Shown: one piece after another, positions 32,322 through 45,986 of the stretch
How positions within the stretch are numbered: position 1 is the stretch's first letter
Layout of the letters: each line of letters begins with the position of its first letter
Assembly (NCBI GenBank): GCA_010015585.1
Contig: ML975149.1
DNA length: 64,000 bases
Direction: 5' to 3' (one strand)
DNA from: Eremomyces bilateralis CBS 781.70
Lineage: Eukaryota
The notes under the pieces: generated by a model
What the model saw: only the letters and a program-made list of their open reading frames with translations
The model's database searches: none
What the model was told of the DNA's origin: nothing
Program-made: the position numbers and the translations under genes

Positions 32322-33444
32322 ATGTTGTCGATGCGGTTAGTCGCCCGCGCTTCGCCGAGGGCGTTCGCCCAGCAGTGCCTCCGGACCTCCAGACAGGTTG
32401 CGTCTCCCTTGAGACTATCGGCCGTTCAGACTGCATGGAGACAACCGACGACGACGAGACTTGCTTCAGCGTTCTCTACTTCGTCAAGATGCTTTCAAAA
32501 CGATGAGCTCGTCGCAAAACTGAGATCGGAGATCTCGTTGGAAAACGAAGCCACGGATACGGAAACGTATAAATCGGGAATCAAGGAATTCCTGGAGTCC
32601 ACCCAGTTCAATGTACGATGTGCCATTTCCTCACCTCATAAACAGACACTAATTGCGAGTACAGCTCCACGATACGCCTGGTCAAGAAGAAGTTGTCCTG
32701 ACCAAGAAATACAACAATGAGAAGTGCGCATCCAATTACAGCTCATATTCGAGCCTATCGCTTTACTAACCCCGATCCAGCATCCGTGTATCCTTCTCCA
32801 TCGCCGACATCAACAACGCGCAACCTACCGAAGAACCCTACGACGAGGATAACGCGCTCTACGACGAAGACGGCGCCGAAACCTCCGAATACGCCCAAGA
32901 GTCCCGCAGCAACAAAGGCGCCATCAACAGCTCCACCCGCTCCGGCCCCGCCTCCACCGCCCCCGAAGACCGCCTCGCCCCCGCCGACCGCGAGGAGCTC
33001 GACGAGGACGACTTCGAGGGCGAGGAGGGCCAGGACGTCACGTTCCCGTGCCAGGTGAACATCCAAGTGACGCGGGACGGACATCCCGGCGCGCTGGACA
33101 TCGCAGCGGTGGCGGATAGCGGCGACTTGGTAATTGAGAACGTGGCGTATTTCCCTAGCGGCGAGGTCGCAGAGGGCGCGACGAGCGAGATGCGGAACAA
33201 GCGTCGCGGGCTGTATTCCGGGCCGCCGTTTGGGAATCTGGACGTCGAGCTGCAGACGATGATGGAGAAGTATCTGGAGGAGCGTGGTGTGGGTGTGCAG
33301 ATGGCGATGTTTGTCCCGGAGTATGTAGACTACAAGGAGCAGAAAGAATACGTGAGGTGGCTTGAGAGTGAGTGTTCCGTTCCGAGTACCACACTTTAAC
33401 GACATGACTAACGTTGCGCAGATGTCGAGCAATTCATGAAATGA
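32322..33444 (+). CDS. MAM33: Mitochondrial acidic matrix protein (Mam33/C1QBP/p32 family)
   Basis: Arg/Ser-rich presequence, ELVAKLRSEI, IRVSFSIADI, an acidic loop, and YSGPPFGNLDVELQ...YLEERGV...YVDYKEQKEYVRWLE. Three introns. Confidence 0.9.
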
Positions 33445-33805
33445 TTTTCTAGGCAGGATATGGGGTCTCAGTGTGTATAATTATCTTAAAGGTGGCTTCT
33501 TAATTGTATTATCATCTTCCTTCTCTCACGTATGCCGCGCAGTCTATTACTATTGTGAATGTGCTTGTGCTACGTAAATAGGCTAGGGTGCCGAAGCTTA
33601 GTGTGCTACAATTCTATTGATGAACATGCTTGCTTCCTTTAAATGTCCCTTCGTTGCATATCCAGGAGGATAACCCTTAGACCGCATTTCTCTAATGCCA
33701 ATCTTCCGACTCGTAAGGGTAGTGTGAAGCTTTCGATCATAACCAAGCTATGAAGCCAGGTATCCGCTCTCTTTTAATCCAACAGCCTAAATTCACTGGA
33801 TGCGA

Positions 33806-34707
33806 CTAGGGCTTAGGTACGTGTAGAGTCTTACTGCACATCAAGCACCCATGGATCACAAACACCCCAGCCAGGACATGGAACTCCCACCACTGTCCCT
33901 CACCAAACGCCCCTCCGGGCAACTTCTCCATAATCCAACCCTTCGAGACCCAAAACGCCATGATGCTCACCTCCATCAACGACGTCGGAATCGGCGTCCC
34001 CTCAAAATACTTGCTCTTCCCACTCGCATCCTTCGGCAACGCCGTCGCCGTCACGTTAAACCGCGCCAGCCGCGTCAGCCCGCACAAAATATAAACCGTC
34101 AGCAGCAGCTGATCGACGCACGAGCGCATCCCGATCGTGAAGGCGAGCATGGCGGGCGCGACGCCGAAGGAGATGAGGTCGGCGAGCGAGTCGAGCTCCT
34201 GGCCCATCAGCGAGGATTTCTTCCGCCAGCGCGCGACGCGGCCGTCGAGGAAGTCGAAGAAGAGGCCGAGGGCGGGGAGGGAGACGGCGAGCCAGAGGTC
34301 AGTGGCGGAGGCGGGGGTGGTGGTGCCGGCGGATTCGGAGAGACAGTAGCGGAGGGAGGAGAAGATGGACATGACGCCACAGAAGCCTAGTGCGGGTTAA
34401 GATCGCGTGAAGAGCTGGGCGGGGAGAGAACTGTACCATTGAGTTCGGTGATGAAATCAGCAAGGTGGAGGGCTCTGTGAACAGTCAGTGATCAGATTGG
34501 AATATTCATGGGCTGGCTATCGAGTAGCATACCTAATCATTGAGAAGTGGCCGGTATCGCCGCCTAGCAGCCTGGCCTGCTTCTCTATTGCTGCGACATT
34601 GTGAGTCCTAGCTATTGAACGGTGGTGTCTGTGGACATACGCTTTTCCCCGCCTGTTTTCTTTTCCATGGCTTTTGGCTCTCCGTTGGGTACCGCACGAC
34701 GGGACAT
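33806..34707 (-). CDS. CHO1: CDP-diacylglycerol-serine O-phosphatidyltransferase (phosphatidylserine synthase)
   Basis: GHFSMIR/ALHLADFITELN, CDP-alcohol motif DFLDGRVARW...GQELDSLADLISFG, RLARFN and YFEGTPIP. Confidence 0.93.
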
Positions 34708-35563
34708 CGCACGCTTTCAAAATATGTGGACGACGGTTCTATCAAAGCTGAGCTGGCTAGGACGTATAGATATGGGATAGCGGATAGGGATCTTCTTCGA
34801 TAGATGGCGATCAAGTTAAATCAATTGATGGGCAAAAGTTATTGAATGGCAATTGGAAGAAATAACGCAGCTTCTGAAGTTGAATATGGTGATGATTACA
34901 GGTATGAGGGAAGATGGGGTCTTTTCAAGGATTTGGAGTTGTCTTGGTGAAAACGTCATTCCCACAGCATGTGCTGCCAAGCCTGAAGCCACATGTACCA
35001 GTAGTACTTGCGGCCACAGCAGGATTTATGTTCGTGCTAGCCCGGTTTAATTAACTGGATTGTAGTCAAGGTTTCTACATTGATCTTTGTCTGGTGATCT
35101 GCTTGACTCAGAATGGTGATGGCTTAGAGGCTGGCAGCATGATCGATGCAGCCCTTGTCTAACATCTGTTTCAGAGAGATGTGGGTGTTCCGCCAGTATG
35201 AAGTCCCATGCGTCGCCTTTGGATAGTTACTAGCCGACACATAAATAATAAGGGAGTGGACAAATGATTCGGTTGAACGCCTTTTGTCGTATAGGCATAA
35301 AGTCTACAACTACTTTTGGTGATCCTCTAGCACATCATCCGCCGTTGAGGAATTGTATGAGTCCTCCAACCCTTGTCAGCTTTTCTCGCGCCCCTCTGCG
35401 GCAGATAGACTGGATAGTTTTATAAGAGGCCGAGCATACATTCGCATGCGCAAGGCGGAATTGAACTCTACCAACCCGCAAGTTCCTAGAAGGCCGTAAA
35501 ACACCTTGAACTCCTGGCTCCCATATCCCATGGGTATATGCAATCGGCAATGGCGGGAGACAT

Positions 35564-36403
35564 TCAGTATCCTCTGCCGCGAGAAGACCCTCTGAAACCG
35601 CCGCCGCCTCTGCCTCCGCCAAACCCACCGCTTCCTCCGCCAAATCCGCCGCCTCCTCGTCCACCACCTCTGCTACCGCCGCGGAAGCCTCCCGATCCAC
35701 CTCTTCCGGGACCTCCACGTCCGCGAGGCGCGCCGCGGCCGCCACGACCACCGCGGAACCCGCCTCTTCCACGATCTGCACCCCCGGCCCGCTTCGGTTT
35801 GGGAGCACCTGGGACGACTGGCTTAGGCAAGAACCTGATCGACGTTAGCAAGCGCTTCGGCCAACAGATCGTCTATACATACCTCTCCAGCGGTAGAAGT
35901 TTGTCGCCCGAGATGAACACTTTGTCTCCAGCCTTGAAGGACTCGGCCTGGATGCCGCTCTCGGTTTTGATGGTAAAGTAGACTTGGTTGATCGGTCCTA
36001 GGATCTCGTCCACTTTGCCCACGGGCGCCTATAACCCTGTGAGAACATGACCCAGTATTTCACATCATATCTTCGTACCTTGTTCTCCAAGAAAATCGGC
36101 GCATTGAAATATGGAATTTTTGGATTCGTGGATTCGCACACCATCTCGCCCTCGCAGGAATGCATGAATGTGCCCAGCTCTACCAGAATGCATTAGCACA
36201 TTATCTTTATACATTGCATTATTGTTCGAATACTCACCCATTACAGAAGCCGGTGGCCCGGAATTGAATCCACCTCGTCCGCCTGCACAGTCTCATTAGC
36301 CAGGAGCCGCAACACAGGCGCGCAAAAGATCCGTACCTCGATCGCCGAAACCTCCACGGCCTCGGAAGCCGCCTCGACTTTGTCCGCCGCCTCTGAATGA
36401 CAT
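35564..36403 (-). CDS. GAR1: H/ACA snoRNP subunit Gar1
   Basis: N- and C-terminal RGG tracts flank the core [48 protein letters not shown]...[13 protein letters not shown]. Confidence 0.95.
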
Positions 36404-36515
36404 GATGGCAGCTGAATTGAACGGGTCCTTGAGCTTCGAAATTTCTCACGATCTGGTTGGAGCTCCGAAGACAAAATCTGACATTGAAGTCACGGAGCCG
36501 GAAAAACTAATGCAT

Positions 36516-36525
36516 CCGATGAGCT
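36516..36525. promoter_or_regulatory. PAC-like element upstream of GAR1
   Basis: CCGATGAGCT, about 115 bp upstream of the GAR1 ATG, is one mismatch from the ribosome-biogenesis PAC consensus GCGATGAGMT. Confidence 0.45.
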
Positions 36526-38321
36526 CCACTTTCAGCCTTACAGCTTCTGGCCAATCACAGCCACGGGATCCCAACCTCAACCACAGCAGCATGAAACGTC
36601 CCATCTTGGCCTCACACTCACCCCATGAGATATTATTAGCAGGGAAAGTTCTGATATTTCTACAGTTGATGAAGGACTCTGGACTCATCTCGTATCTCCG
36701 GGTACCTCTTGACATATATTACAGCGAGAATACGGAGTACTCCGGAAGGACTCAGGTCTCAACAAACTCCATTCCCCTGACTTCCGCCCAGAGAGATACG
36801 AACCGACCGATACGACAAATAGTCATGCAATCCTGCGCTGCGTGGTGATCACCTGGATGTCGTTGCGCTGCCATCAATCCCGGCCACATGGCTGCCCGTC
36901 GTTTATATAACGTTGTACTGGTTGAACTGGTTCACGGTCCAACCTAGCATGGGTTCTCGAAACCGTCCGGTGGTCCGGATCGTCCTCCCTGTCCATATGG
37001 CATATCGGCACTAGTACATTCCCGTAGGTATAAGGTACGACATCCGTGACTTGTCCGCTTGACGTAAACCAAAATCCTCAGCCTTGAACTTCAGTTGTCC
37101 GACCCACTTAACTAGGTACTTGAATATACCTTGACACTTGATGTTTCATATGGAATCCTCCGAGGCTCTAGAAATGCATTTCCCTAATCCAGTGCAGTCT
37201 GACATCCTCGTTGTCCATCAAGCTAATACACATCATTCGATCCCTAAATAGAGAGAGTCATCTGGTCCCGGCCAGTCGGAGAACTTTGTTGGGATCTCTA
37301 ACCCTAGAATCAATATGATTTTTTTCATTAAATATGATGAGATTCCAGACGAATGGTTCCCATGGGAGACAAGAGCAGGGATATGGGATCCTCGGGATTA
37401 GTTTCCTTCTGTGTCTACCAGATCGATGCTCGTATATCGTCACCGTTCGATGTACGACAGTCGACAATAGCAACTGGGGTCGGCGTTCCCACTCGTTCCC
37501 TAGAATCGATATCCAGGGCCTATGCTTCAAGCAGTTCTAAGAGTAAAGAGGGCTGCAGAAGGATTCGGACACGTAACTAAGGCTATGCATCTTACGTACA
37601 TTTGTCTCAACTTACCCATTCCTAGATATATCATTCGCCGTTATAGGTAGTCTAGACTACTTAGAGGATGGACCCCTGGCCTCCTCTCATCTATTCCCCG
37701 AGCCTCGGAGCCCCAACAATTGACAGACGTCCTAGATGCCAAACTTTCCTTCCTTGGCGAACGCCGGATCTTTTAGGCCATGCTAAGATGGCTCATCGGA
37801 ATACCTGGAGTTCATCCCGTAGTCCCTGTTCTTATTGCGATCGACAAACATCATGCTATCGCGATAGAGGCACCGGCTTTCGAACCGAACCATCCCCAAT
37901 TGTCGGGACTTCGGGCCAGTCCCCTCATGGATCAAGAACTTTGACCAGGGTACGTGCGAATCCTATCACCAACACACCGAGCATTGGGACCTAGTTTTTT
38001 GTGTGAGCATCATGATGCTCAGTCTCGCCGTTATGTCCTTGAGTTCTCGCCCCTTTCTCCCCTGTATCCGACTCCGCGTTATCCGCAATACGATCAAGAG
38101 ACGGTCTGTGTTTGATACTGACCCGGAAGCCTCTATTCTTTTCAGTACTTGGAATTGAACTCTATCTTGCCAAAAGGGTACACATGTCGAGGAGAATATG
38201 AGGACCGCGGGTATTTAAGGGACCAGATTGCCCAAGTTGTTCATCGGCAATCGCTATCGAGTCTTTCAATTGAAATTACTTCGATATCTATTATCAAGTC
38301 ATTTCCTGCCATCTATTCATC

Positions 38322-39700
38322 ATGCGCTTTTCCAGTCACTATGCTTTACTGCTTCCAGTACTAGCAAGAGCCGCTCCAGTTGTACAATCGAATCTTGACG
38401 TATCGATTAGCACCACTGGTGCGACTGTTGACATCTCTGTTACAAATCATGGGGCTGAGGATGTCGATCTTTTCACTCTGGGTTCTGTGCTTTCGCCTTA
38501 CGGCGTGAATGTAGCGGTCTCTAAAGATGGTGAGTCGAATTGCCACTACTCTCATAGATAAACTCATTGCACTGGTGGAGGTGGAGGAAGCGACAGAATG
38601 GGAATCCATTCACTCATGATTGGACTAGTACGGATTTAAAAGCTAACCTTTTCTTAGGCAAACCGGTGCGTTTCAGGGGACTGTTCGTGCGACCCAGGAC
38701 CTCCAACCTTTCCGGGGCCGATTTCACGCACATTGGTTCTGGAGAAACAAAGACGAATTCCGTCGACATCAGCACCAAGTTTGATACCAGCTCCGGTGGC
38801 GAGTTCCAAGTCACTGTTTCACCCTCGCTTCGATTAGCCGACGAGGACTTCGGCCTCGGAGCCCCCATCTCGCTGCCTGCCGTTACCGCATCTGTGACTG
38901 TGACGCCAGGAGCCCTACGGAAACGTGTGCTGCGGAAATCCATATCCCCACGGCAGTCGAGCAGTCACCCCCAAGTTCAAGCAAATTGCGTGGGTGACCA
39001 GCTGCAGTCTATCGAGGCAGCCCTGGACAATGCTGCCGAATGGATCGGCAAGGCAAAAGTGGACGTCGAGAACTTGACCTCCATATATGTGGACGAGTAC
39101 TTCCGCGTTCCCGTCAGCGAGACGAGTGACATTATCCGCGGAATGCTCATAGCCCGCATCGCGAACCTCGACGCCGAGTTGACCGGTACCAATAATACAA
39201 CCCAAATTTACTGCGGGGATGATGATGCTATCGATTATCGAGGCCAGCCGTCTCCATGTCTGACCGTAGGAGTTGTCGGATTTGCCAATCCAGAGACGAA
39301 CCAAGTTGCATTGTGCGGCCCGAACTGGGAGATTCCGGCCAGCAGCCCAGTTTGTCAAGGCCCATACCAGGATGACCAGACCACGAACATCATTCACGAG
39401 CTGATGCACTGCAATTCTGTGGGGATAGTCGATCCCGGGTTGACCGCCCCTATGGACTATGCATACACGTACGAGGAGACCCGAAGCGATGACTGGATTT
39501 ATGGTGGGCTGGTCGAGAATGCGGATAGTTATGGGATGTATGCCAAAGGTGAGTTGGATTTTCGTATCTAACGAGCTGATGCCCTTCTCCGAACTAGCGT
39601 CGAGAAATTCCCCAAACAGCCTTGATGAGTGTTCACTTACAATAATATCACAGGTGTCGGTTATGAACTCCCCTCTCCTTGCCCCCCAGCCGAGACTTGA
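38322..39700 (+). CDS. Secreted M35 (deuterolysin/neutral protease II-like) zinc metalloprotease; last exon uncertain
   Basis: Signal peptide MRFSSHYALLLPVLARA, prodomain (FRG.., L/I..GET, DISTKFD), basic processing sites, DQTTNIIHELMH (HEXXH), a downstream Asp (MDYAY) and NADSY. Confidence 0.85.
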
Positions 39701-39979
39701 TGTGGCATATTTTCGAGATCCTGCCTTTCTGAGGCGTGGCGCGTAGTGCACTGCTTTATTGTGATTGCTTCGGCTCGGCCATATTTTTCAGCATCTATTA
39801 TCATCAGCATCGATTCCGGGACAACAGCTTGAGCTTGTGCAGGTCTGGGCTATTCGAAGATCTGGCACCTGAAAGGACGGCAGCTGCTTCATATTTGGTA
39901 CAGTTCGTCTAGCATCTGTGTATTCCAAATTATAGTTTACTATTCAGAGAATTTCGACATTTGTTCCAATGAATTCGCT

Positions 39980-41666
39980 AGTCAAGTCCATTGTATAGCC
40001 TCATGGCCACCATGCATATCAGGTTCCAAGCCTCATAATTCCGCTTGTCTACGTCTTTCGAAAACCTGCCAAGGGAGTCCAGTCCACCGCCGGGGAGTTG
40101 CGATGCACTTTTATTTCTAGCACTGATGTCATTGACCAGAAACTTTCCATCCTCCATCTTCAGTCTGTGTGGTGGCATGTAGCATTGGGCATCCAGAAAC
40201 TTCTCGCCAAGTGTACCCGCATGATTGGTCCGAAGGGATGGATACCTTAGTTCCAAGCTACAACTCGTCTTTTAGAAGGATGGGGTAGTGCCCTGCCAAA
40301 CCCGGTGATACTATAACAAGAGACACCTCCTTCGTGATAGGACTGGTATAGAGTGTGGTCAGAAAATTCAATTCCAGTCTCATCAGTGCGCCCTTCCGGG
40401 GGAAAATGCGGCAGTGTCTCGTCTAAGGAAACTGCATGAGGACATACCGGTGAAAAATAGACCAGTCTTATGAGCAGAGACCCGATATGGGCCACCATCA
40501 GGGGCTGATCCTCTCTCCAGCATGAGGGTTCCATGCGACCCACGGCCTCAGGATTTGCATGTCGCTGGGTAGTGGCTAGGATGAGTATCTAGCCCGATTC
40601 GACTCAAGGCCGTTTTATTCTCTCCTGCTTGTAACCGAAGGAGTGCCGTGACATTGTCTTCTTCAGGGAAAATAATGATTGGAATAGAACCTATCCACAC
40701 ACGTGGTTGACACGGCTCAATTCCCTGCAGTTTGGGTACCAAGATTGTAGACGAAAGAGGTTGATATGGTGAACATCCCGTCCTTGGTATGAGTCACCTT
40801 TCTCATGATACATGCGGTGATATACCTATGCGGCAGCTCAAAGAAAATTCTCTGCGGTTCGAGGGTCTGAATGCGACTTGAGAGTTAATCCACCAGTCAT
40901 GCAGGATTGTTATTCCGAATCCTCTTCAAACCTCTCTTGCGAGGATCTAGAAGGGCGCAGGTTTCTGAAATCGCGGTCGGCATGATTTTTTCTGCCCCTG
41001 TCTTGATCCCGCCGTCGTTGGTTTTCTTTATCGGTATTTTGATCGGCATCCATATTGCTAGGGAATAGTTAATCTAGCGTTCGATGGTGTTTATCAGCGG
41101 TCCCAAAAGGAAGAGGTATGACAAGATCACTAGAAGAATGGATCAGTACCTGTCATGATTCCTCCCACCGTCCTTCTCGTCGTCGTTGTCATCCTCATTA
41201 TTATTGTTGTTGTAGCCGTTGTAGCCGTTGTAGCCGTTGTAGCCGTTGTAGCCGCTGTAATCATTGTAGCTATTTTTGTAGCCATGGCTGTTGCTGTTGC
41301 TATTGCTGTTGCTATTGCTGTGGTTGTAGCTGTGGTTGTAGCTGTGGTTGTAACTGTTGTGGTAACTGTTGTTGTAATAGTCCTGGTTGTCATCACGCTC
41401 GCCATCATTGCCTTCCCTATCATCCTTCTTTTGGTGAATGCTATCGCGAGTTTGTCGTCCCTCAGTTCGTCCGACCGATATGCTTGGCTCCCTGCTACAC
41501 TTGTAAAGAACTCTCCTAGACGCAAGATTAGAGGGTGGGGCAAACCGTACGCGCGAACACTCCCGTCTTCATAGGTCCGGAAATGTTGGACAATGTCGGA
41601 AATGTAGTAGCGCTGCTGTAGGATTGGATCCCACTTCCAATCCCGATTTTGCTGTGCTGCCGCCAT
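39980..41666 (-). pseudogene. Probable degenerate hypothetical gene containing the low-complexity tract
   Basis: An ATG-started segment MAAAQQNRDWKWDPILQQRYY...YEDG, the repeat tract, intron-like sequence, then short coding-like fragments broken by stops. No family assigned. Confidence 0.3.
41200..41376. repeat. Low-complexity tandem repeats: (GTTGTAGCC)5 at 41209-41253 and (GCTGTGGTTGTA)3 at 41317-41352
   Basis: Seen directly. One minus frame reads SYNHSYNHSYNHSNSNSNSNS...GYNGYNGYNGYNGYNNNNN. Confidence 0.9.
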
Positions 41667-42373
41667 AACTCGGTTCGGTGACGGGTTGACTGGACATGCT
41701 GGAGGTTCATCTGAATCTTCCAGGTTTGATTGCCGCTGCCATGGTTGATATAAAGTGTGATAATAGGTTGCCTTGTGACCTGCCTCATCCCCAGCCTGAT
41801 GAGGCTCTGCCTTGAATGCCCCGCATCGCGACAGACAGACAGCAATATCAAGAGCAGACTGGGGGCCTGCAATGATAGTACGAAAGGCAAGCTAGGGTGA
41901 ACAACAAGCAACATGGGCAGACTAATATTAAAGGGCGCCTTAATGTCATATGACCCTAAACTCCAGTGACGTGGTAGCAGTGAAAACCAACAGAACAACG
42001 TGCCCCAGCAAATGAAATGGTGATACACCCAGTTGAGCGGTAGCACCCACCTCCTGCAAGAATGCCCGTGTTTCCCGAGGCAACACCAAACACGATCTAA
42101 TTGATCAGACGTTTAGCACGAAGTTCTTTTTTGATGAAGCGATAAGGCTGAAGAGAAGATCAACGGACGGCCCCCCCTTTGTGTCACTTAACGCCGTCTT
42201 GGGCTTTGTTTGTTTTCTTGTAAGACCAGCTTTCGTGCGTACTTACTTCGACGAGGGTATTCCGTTTTTGTTCAGGGTCTGACATTTCAACGTTCCTCCC
42301 CTTCCATGGGCTATGATAAAATCAATTTCGCTCTTGGTTTGACATACTTGAGGCACATATTTGAGTGGGCAAG

Positions 42374-44887
42374 ATGGTAGACGAAGTGGTCGAGTGGAAG
42401 GCGTGGAGGGACTATTCCACAGGAAGTTAGTCTGCCCTCTCCTGGTCCTGTTCAGTTCTGTTCACCAATCCAATACTGGTGCTTGACAACGGATATGGAA
42501 TCGTTAATGACATTCTAGCTTCCAAATTCTTACTGAATGACGACTGCGCAACGATATTCGTCGCCATTTCTGCTATATGTTTTACGTTGTGCGAGCCCTA
42601 CCTGTTCAGGATTTTCCGAACAATATACCTTGCGAGACTAAGAGGGATTCGCTCGGGAAGCTTTTTGGCCTGCCTGAAGAACCAATTCAAAAAGCACTAC
42701 CCCAAGCGTTTCGGCAAAGGTAACAGAGGCAGCGACCCGGAGACCATTCCTGTCTTACACGATGCCAGCCTATCAGCAGGGCGTGCAGACCCGGACGGCA
42801 ACAAGAGCTTGGATGGGGTAGCGGCCCTTTATCAGCGCTCGACGGGAGGCCGAGATTACATATGGAGATTTCTCTCAAACGGGAATGGAGCAGTTGCTGA
42901 AGGCTACATCGTCTTTTTTGTTATACTAGGACGTTTTGCATTCTGGACATGGTTCACTCTATTCGTTGCAGGCAAAATTAAGCTGGACGGGACAGCCGTG
43001 TGGTCATCCGATGTCTGCGGACCTTTCGAATTCGATAGTCAAAATGCCGGCACGGGCGCCTCGATCAGAGAAGGTATCATCACCCGCGAAAAAGAATCGA
43101 GGGCAGGAGAGTACGCGCGTAGCTGTTATGTGCAGCCGGAAGTCTACAGCTCTACCCCGTGTGACTTCTTCGCGGCCCCGGCGATCAACTATACCATCGA
43201 AAAAACGTACGAAAAGTGTCCTTTTGCGGAACGAAGCGTGTGCATGCCCCGGCAGCAATCTATCACATTCAGTACAGGCCTGGTCAGTGCTGATCAGATG
43301 GGTATTAACACTCCAAGTCCCTATCTATTCAATCGGACGACTTCCTGTGCACCCCTGAGCCAGAGTGAACGTTTTGTGCGGAATGAAACCATTGATGGGG
43401 TCACCTATTATTACTATCATTATGGGCAAATTGTTGATCAGGACTCCAATCCTCCTGGCGTGATAACCGATTACACGTACTACACAGCGGGCAATCCAAT
43501 TAACTCTTCTGTCGCCGCATATGACCTCGTGTGAGTTCTGGCTCCACTCATTGGTACCTAGGAATAGACTAATATTAACCAACACAGGACGGAGGCTACC
43601 TCCTGGACCGAAGGTGTGGATCCATGGGTTCCAGTGCCGGAACTCAAGCCTCCCGAAGGTGCAACTGTGACTATCGTCTTCGTATCCGCGTTACGTATCT
43701 TCTACGAGGAACATAGTAGTGATGCTATATTTCCTGCGGACGGAGACATCCCTTGGGGACCCGACGACAAACCCTGGTGGTGGAAAACAGACCCAAGAGC
43801 ACGAGCATTCGCCTGCGTCGACGAGACCCACGTGTGTAAGCCCGACCGCCAAACCTGTTGGACCATGGTCGACGATGAGGGAAGGAGGGTCTCTGAACCG
43901 GACTACTGGTTCATGAGGCTGTCTCTATTATACTCGAACATCTACGATACAATATCTCGTCGTCTTGGAATGGCACTGCTTGCTCAGCGAAGGATCTCGG
44001 GTTATAATTCCGGACCACTAGAAGATAACCATTGGATGAGCGAGGTCGAAATGCTTTTCAGCACGTCCCTTGCCCGGATTCAATTTGACGCCTGGTCAAT
44101 TGCTAGTGGTGAGGGTCATGATCGCGACGGCTATATCGATGGCACGCCCCTCGAGGCCGGACCTCCTGGAAGCTTATGTGGGCTGTTCAAGTTCAAGACT
44201 CGAAGTCATAAAAACATCAATTTGGTATGGTTCATTGCTGCTGTAGCCCTTCTCCCGTTTCTATGGTTCATCACACTTGAGGGTGATAACTCGTTCTTCA
44301 GTTGGGCTTGGGGGTGGCTGAAGCCTTTCATTGCAAGTCTATACTGCTATTCTTCAAAGACTTCCAGTTCTAGCTCTGCAGTTGAGGCTACTAGGCCATC
44401 CGGCTATAGCACCTTCAGGAGTGACTCGAATACGAGAGGCCAAACAAGTCCTCCCGCATCGCGGCATTCAGCCTACAGTTCGGGTCGCCAACGACAAAGG
44501 CCAGAAGGGCAGCACCAGCCAAATGTGGTAACATCTCTTTTGTCAAATACTGCAGCAAATGGGACGCTAGGGACCCGGCTTAATACTCCGGAATCAAGAG
44601 ACCATGACAACAACCCGCAGACGGAGGTGGATGACGTCCAAAACCAATCAGACACAGAATCGGATGTAACTGAGCAGCCCATATCAGGGCCGGAGGACCG
44701 AGCTTCCGACGACCGCAGTGGTGGTTCGGTGCATCCTGAACTCAAGATCGAATGGAGATATCTGGTGTTGGACGTGGCTATCGAGGCCTTGTTCTTACTT
44801 CCAGGCTGGATATTGACTTCCATCAAGCATTGTACCCGCCATTGCGCAAGTAAACGAAGTCAATCGGCTCGAGAGAGCAACCAGTGA
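42374..44887 (+). CDS. Uncharacterised fungal membrane protein with a Cys-rich luminal domain (3 exons predicted)
   Basis: Exon 1 MVDEVVEWKAWRDYSTG splices in frame to SKFLLNDDCATIFVAISA. Then TM segments, YARSCY..CDFF..CPF..C..FSTG..GIN..RTTSCAPL, an intron near 43531-43587, WMSEVEMLF..LARIQ and a C-terminal TM. Confidence 0.75.
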
Positions 44888-45986
44888 GCAAGATGAGAAG
44901 TGTAACAGAACATAGGAGTCTGAAAATTCAGCGCAAGTCATGACTTTTTTGGCTGTTTATTGGGAAAAGAAAGACAGACATTAGGCTACCATAACGGCTA
45001 CTTCCCCTGATTGCCCCTGGGAGGCGGCTTTTTTGCAGCAAGAGACTGGAAATTTTGATCAAGGGCGAACCGATCCGGCATTCGGACAAATATCAAATGT
45101 CCGATTCGGAGTACCTTCCAGTGAGACTATTGCCATCCAAGCTGATTTGAACGCAAAAGAGGATACCCTTCTCGAGGCAGTACCTCTGACTAGTCCTTCA
45201 AAAGTGGAAGAAACCAAATCATGGTAAAGCGCACGTGATTCTAGGTCTGCGAGGGCGGTAAAATGTACTTCTGAACACCTCAGTTGTCAGGTACTGGTAT
45301 GTTATGTATGAAGATTTTCGGACTGATGGTATCGAGAGGAGATGTGACCCACAGACCCTATTGATGATTATGCGACACGGCGGGTATTTGCTCCATTAAT
45401 CCCAGCCATTCTATACACATATCATACTATTCACCATTTCAGGCGATATCCAATGTCACCATAACTGCGGCATTTAAATGCCGAGGGATGCCAATTCCCA
45501 CCGAATTCTTCCAGAATATAGAAATCCAGCTGAATCGGCTTCTGTAGCTTCCAACCGGAGAAGTTATCCACCGGTCCAAATCAACCCGCGGACAGTTTAG
45601 CCAACAGCTAACGTGGAGTGAAGGGCCGGATGACCGCACCTTTTGTCGTTATCGTCAGCTGATATGCGCTCTGCCGTAATTGCAAAAAAGGGCATCGTCT
45701 TCTTTAACCAGCGACCGACATGGTCCTGCAGATGAGGATCACATCGTCCCACTCTTCCCACGCATTTGTGATATTCGCCATGGGTTATGTCCGGGCGTTT
45801 TTCGGGACCTCAAGGCACCGTCATTCTCTTTATAAGATCGTGTGGCCCGCACCTGCATTTCTGCCAATTGCGTATCGCATTAGGCGCTCCAAGTTGTCCC
45901 GAAGCTCGTCGGCGTGATTAGGGAAGGGCGGTCTCGTCGTCTGAACATGAACGTTGTCTTGATATACGCGTATGGGATATTGCGCT

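Noticed and set aside
41155..41574. Val/Ala-rich transmembrane ORF and Cys-rich metallothionein-like ORF on the plus strand
   Set aside because: Both are by-products of translating the tandem repeats in other frames.
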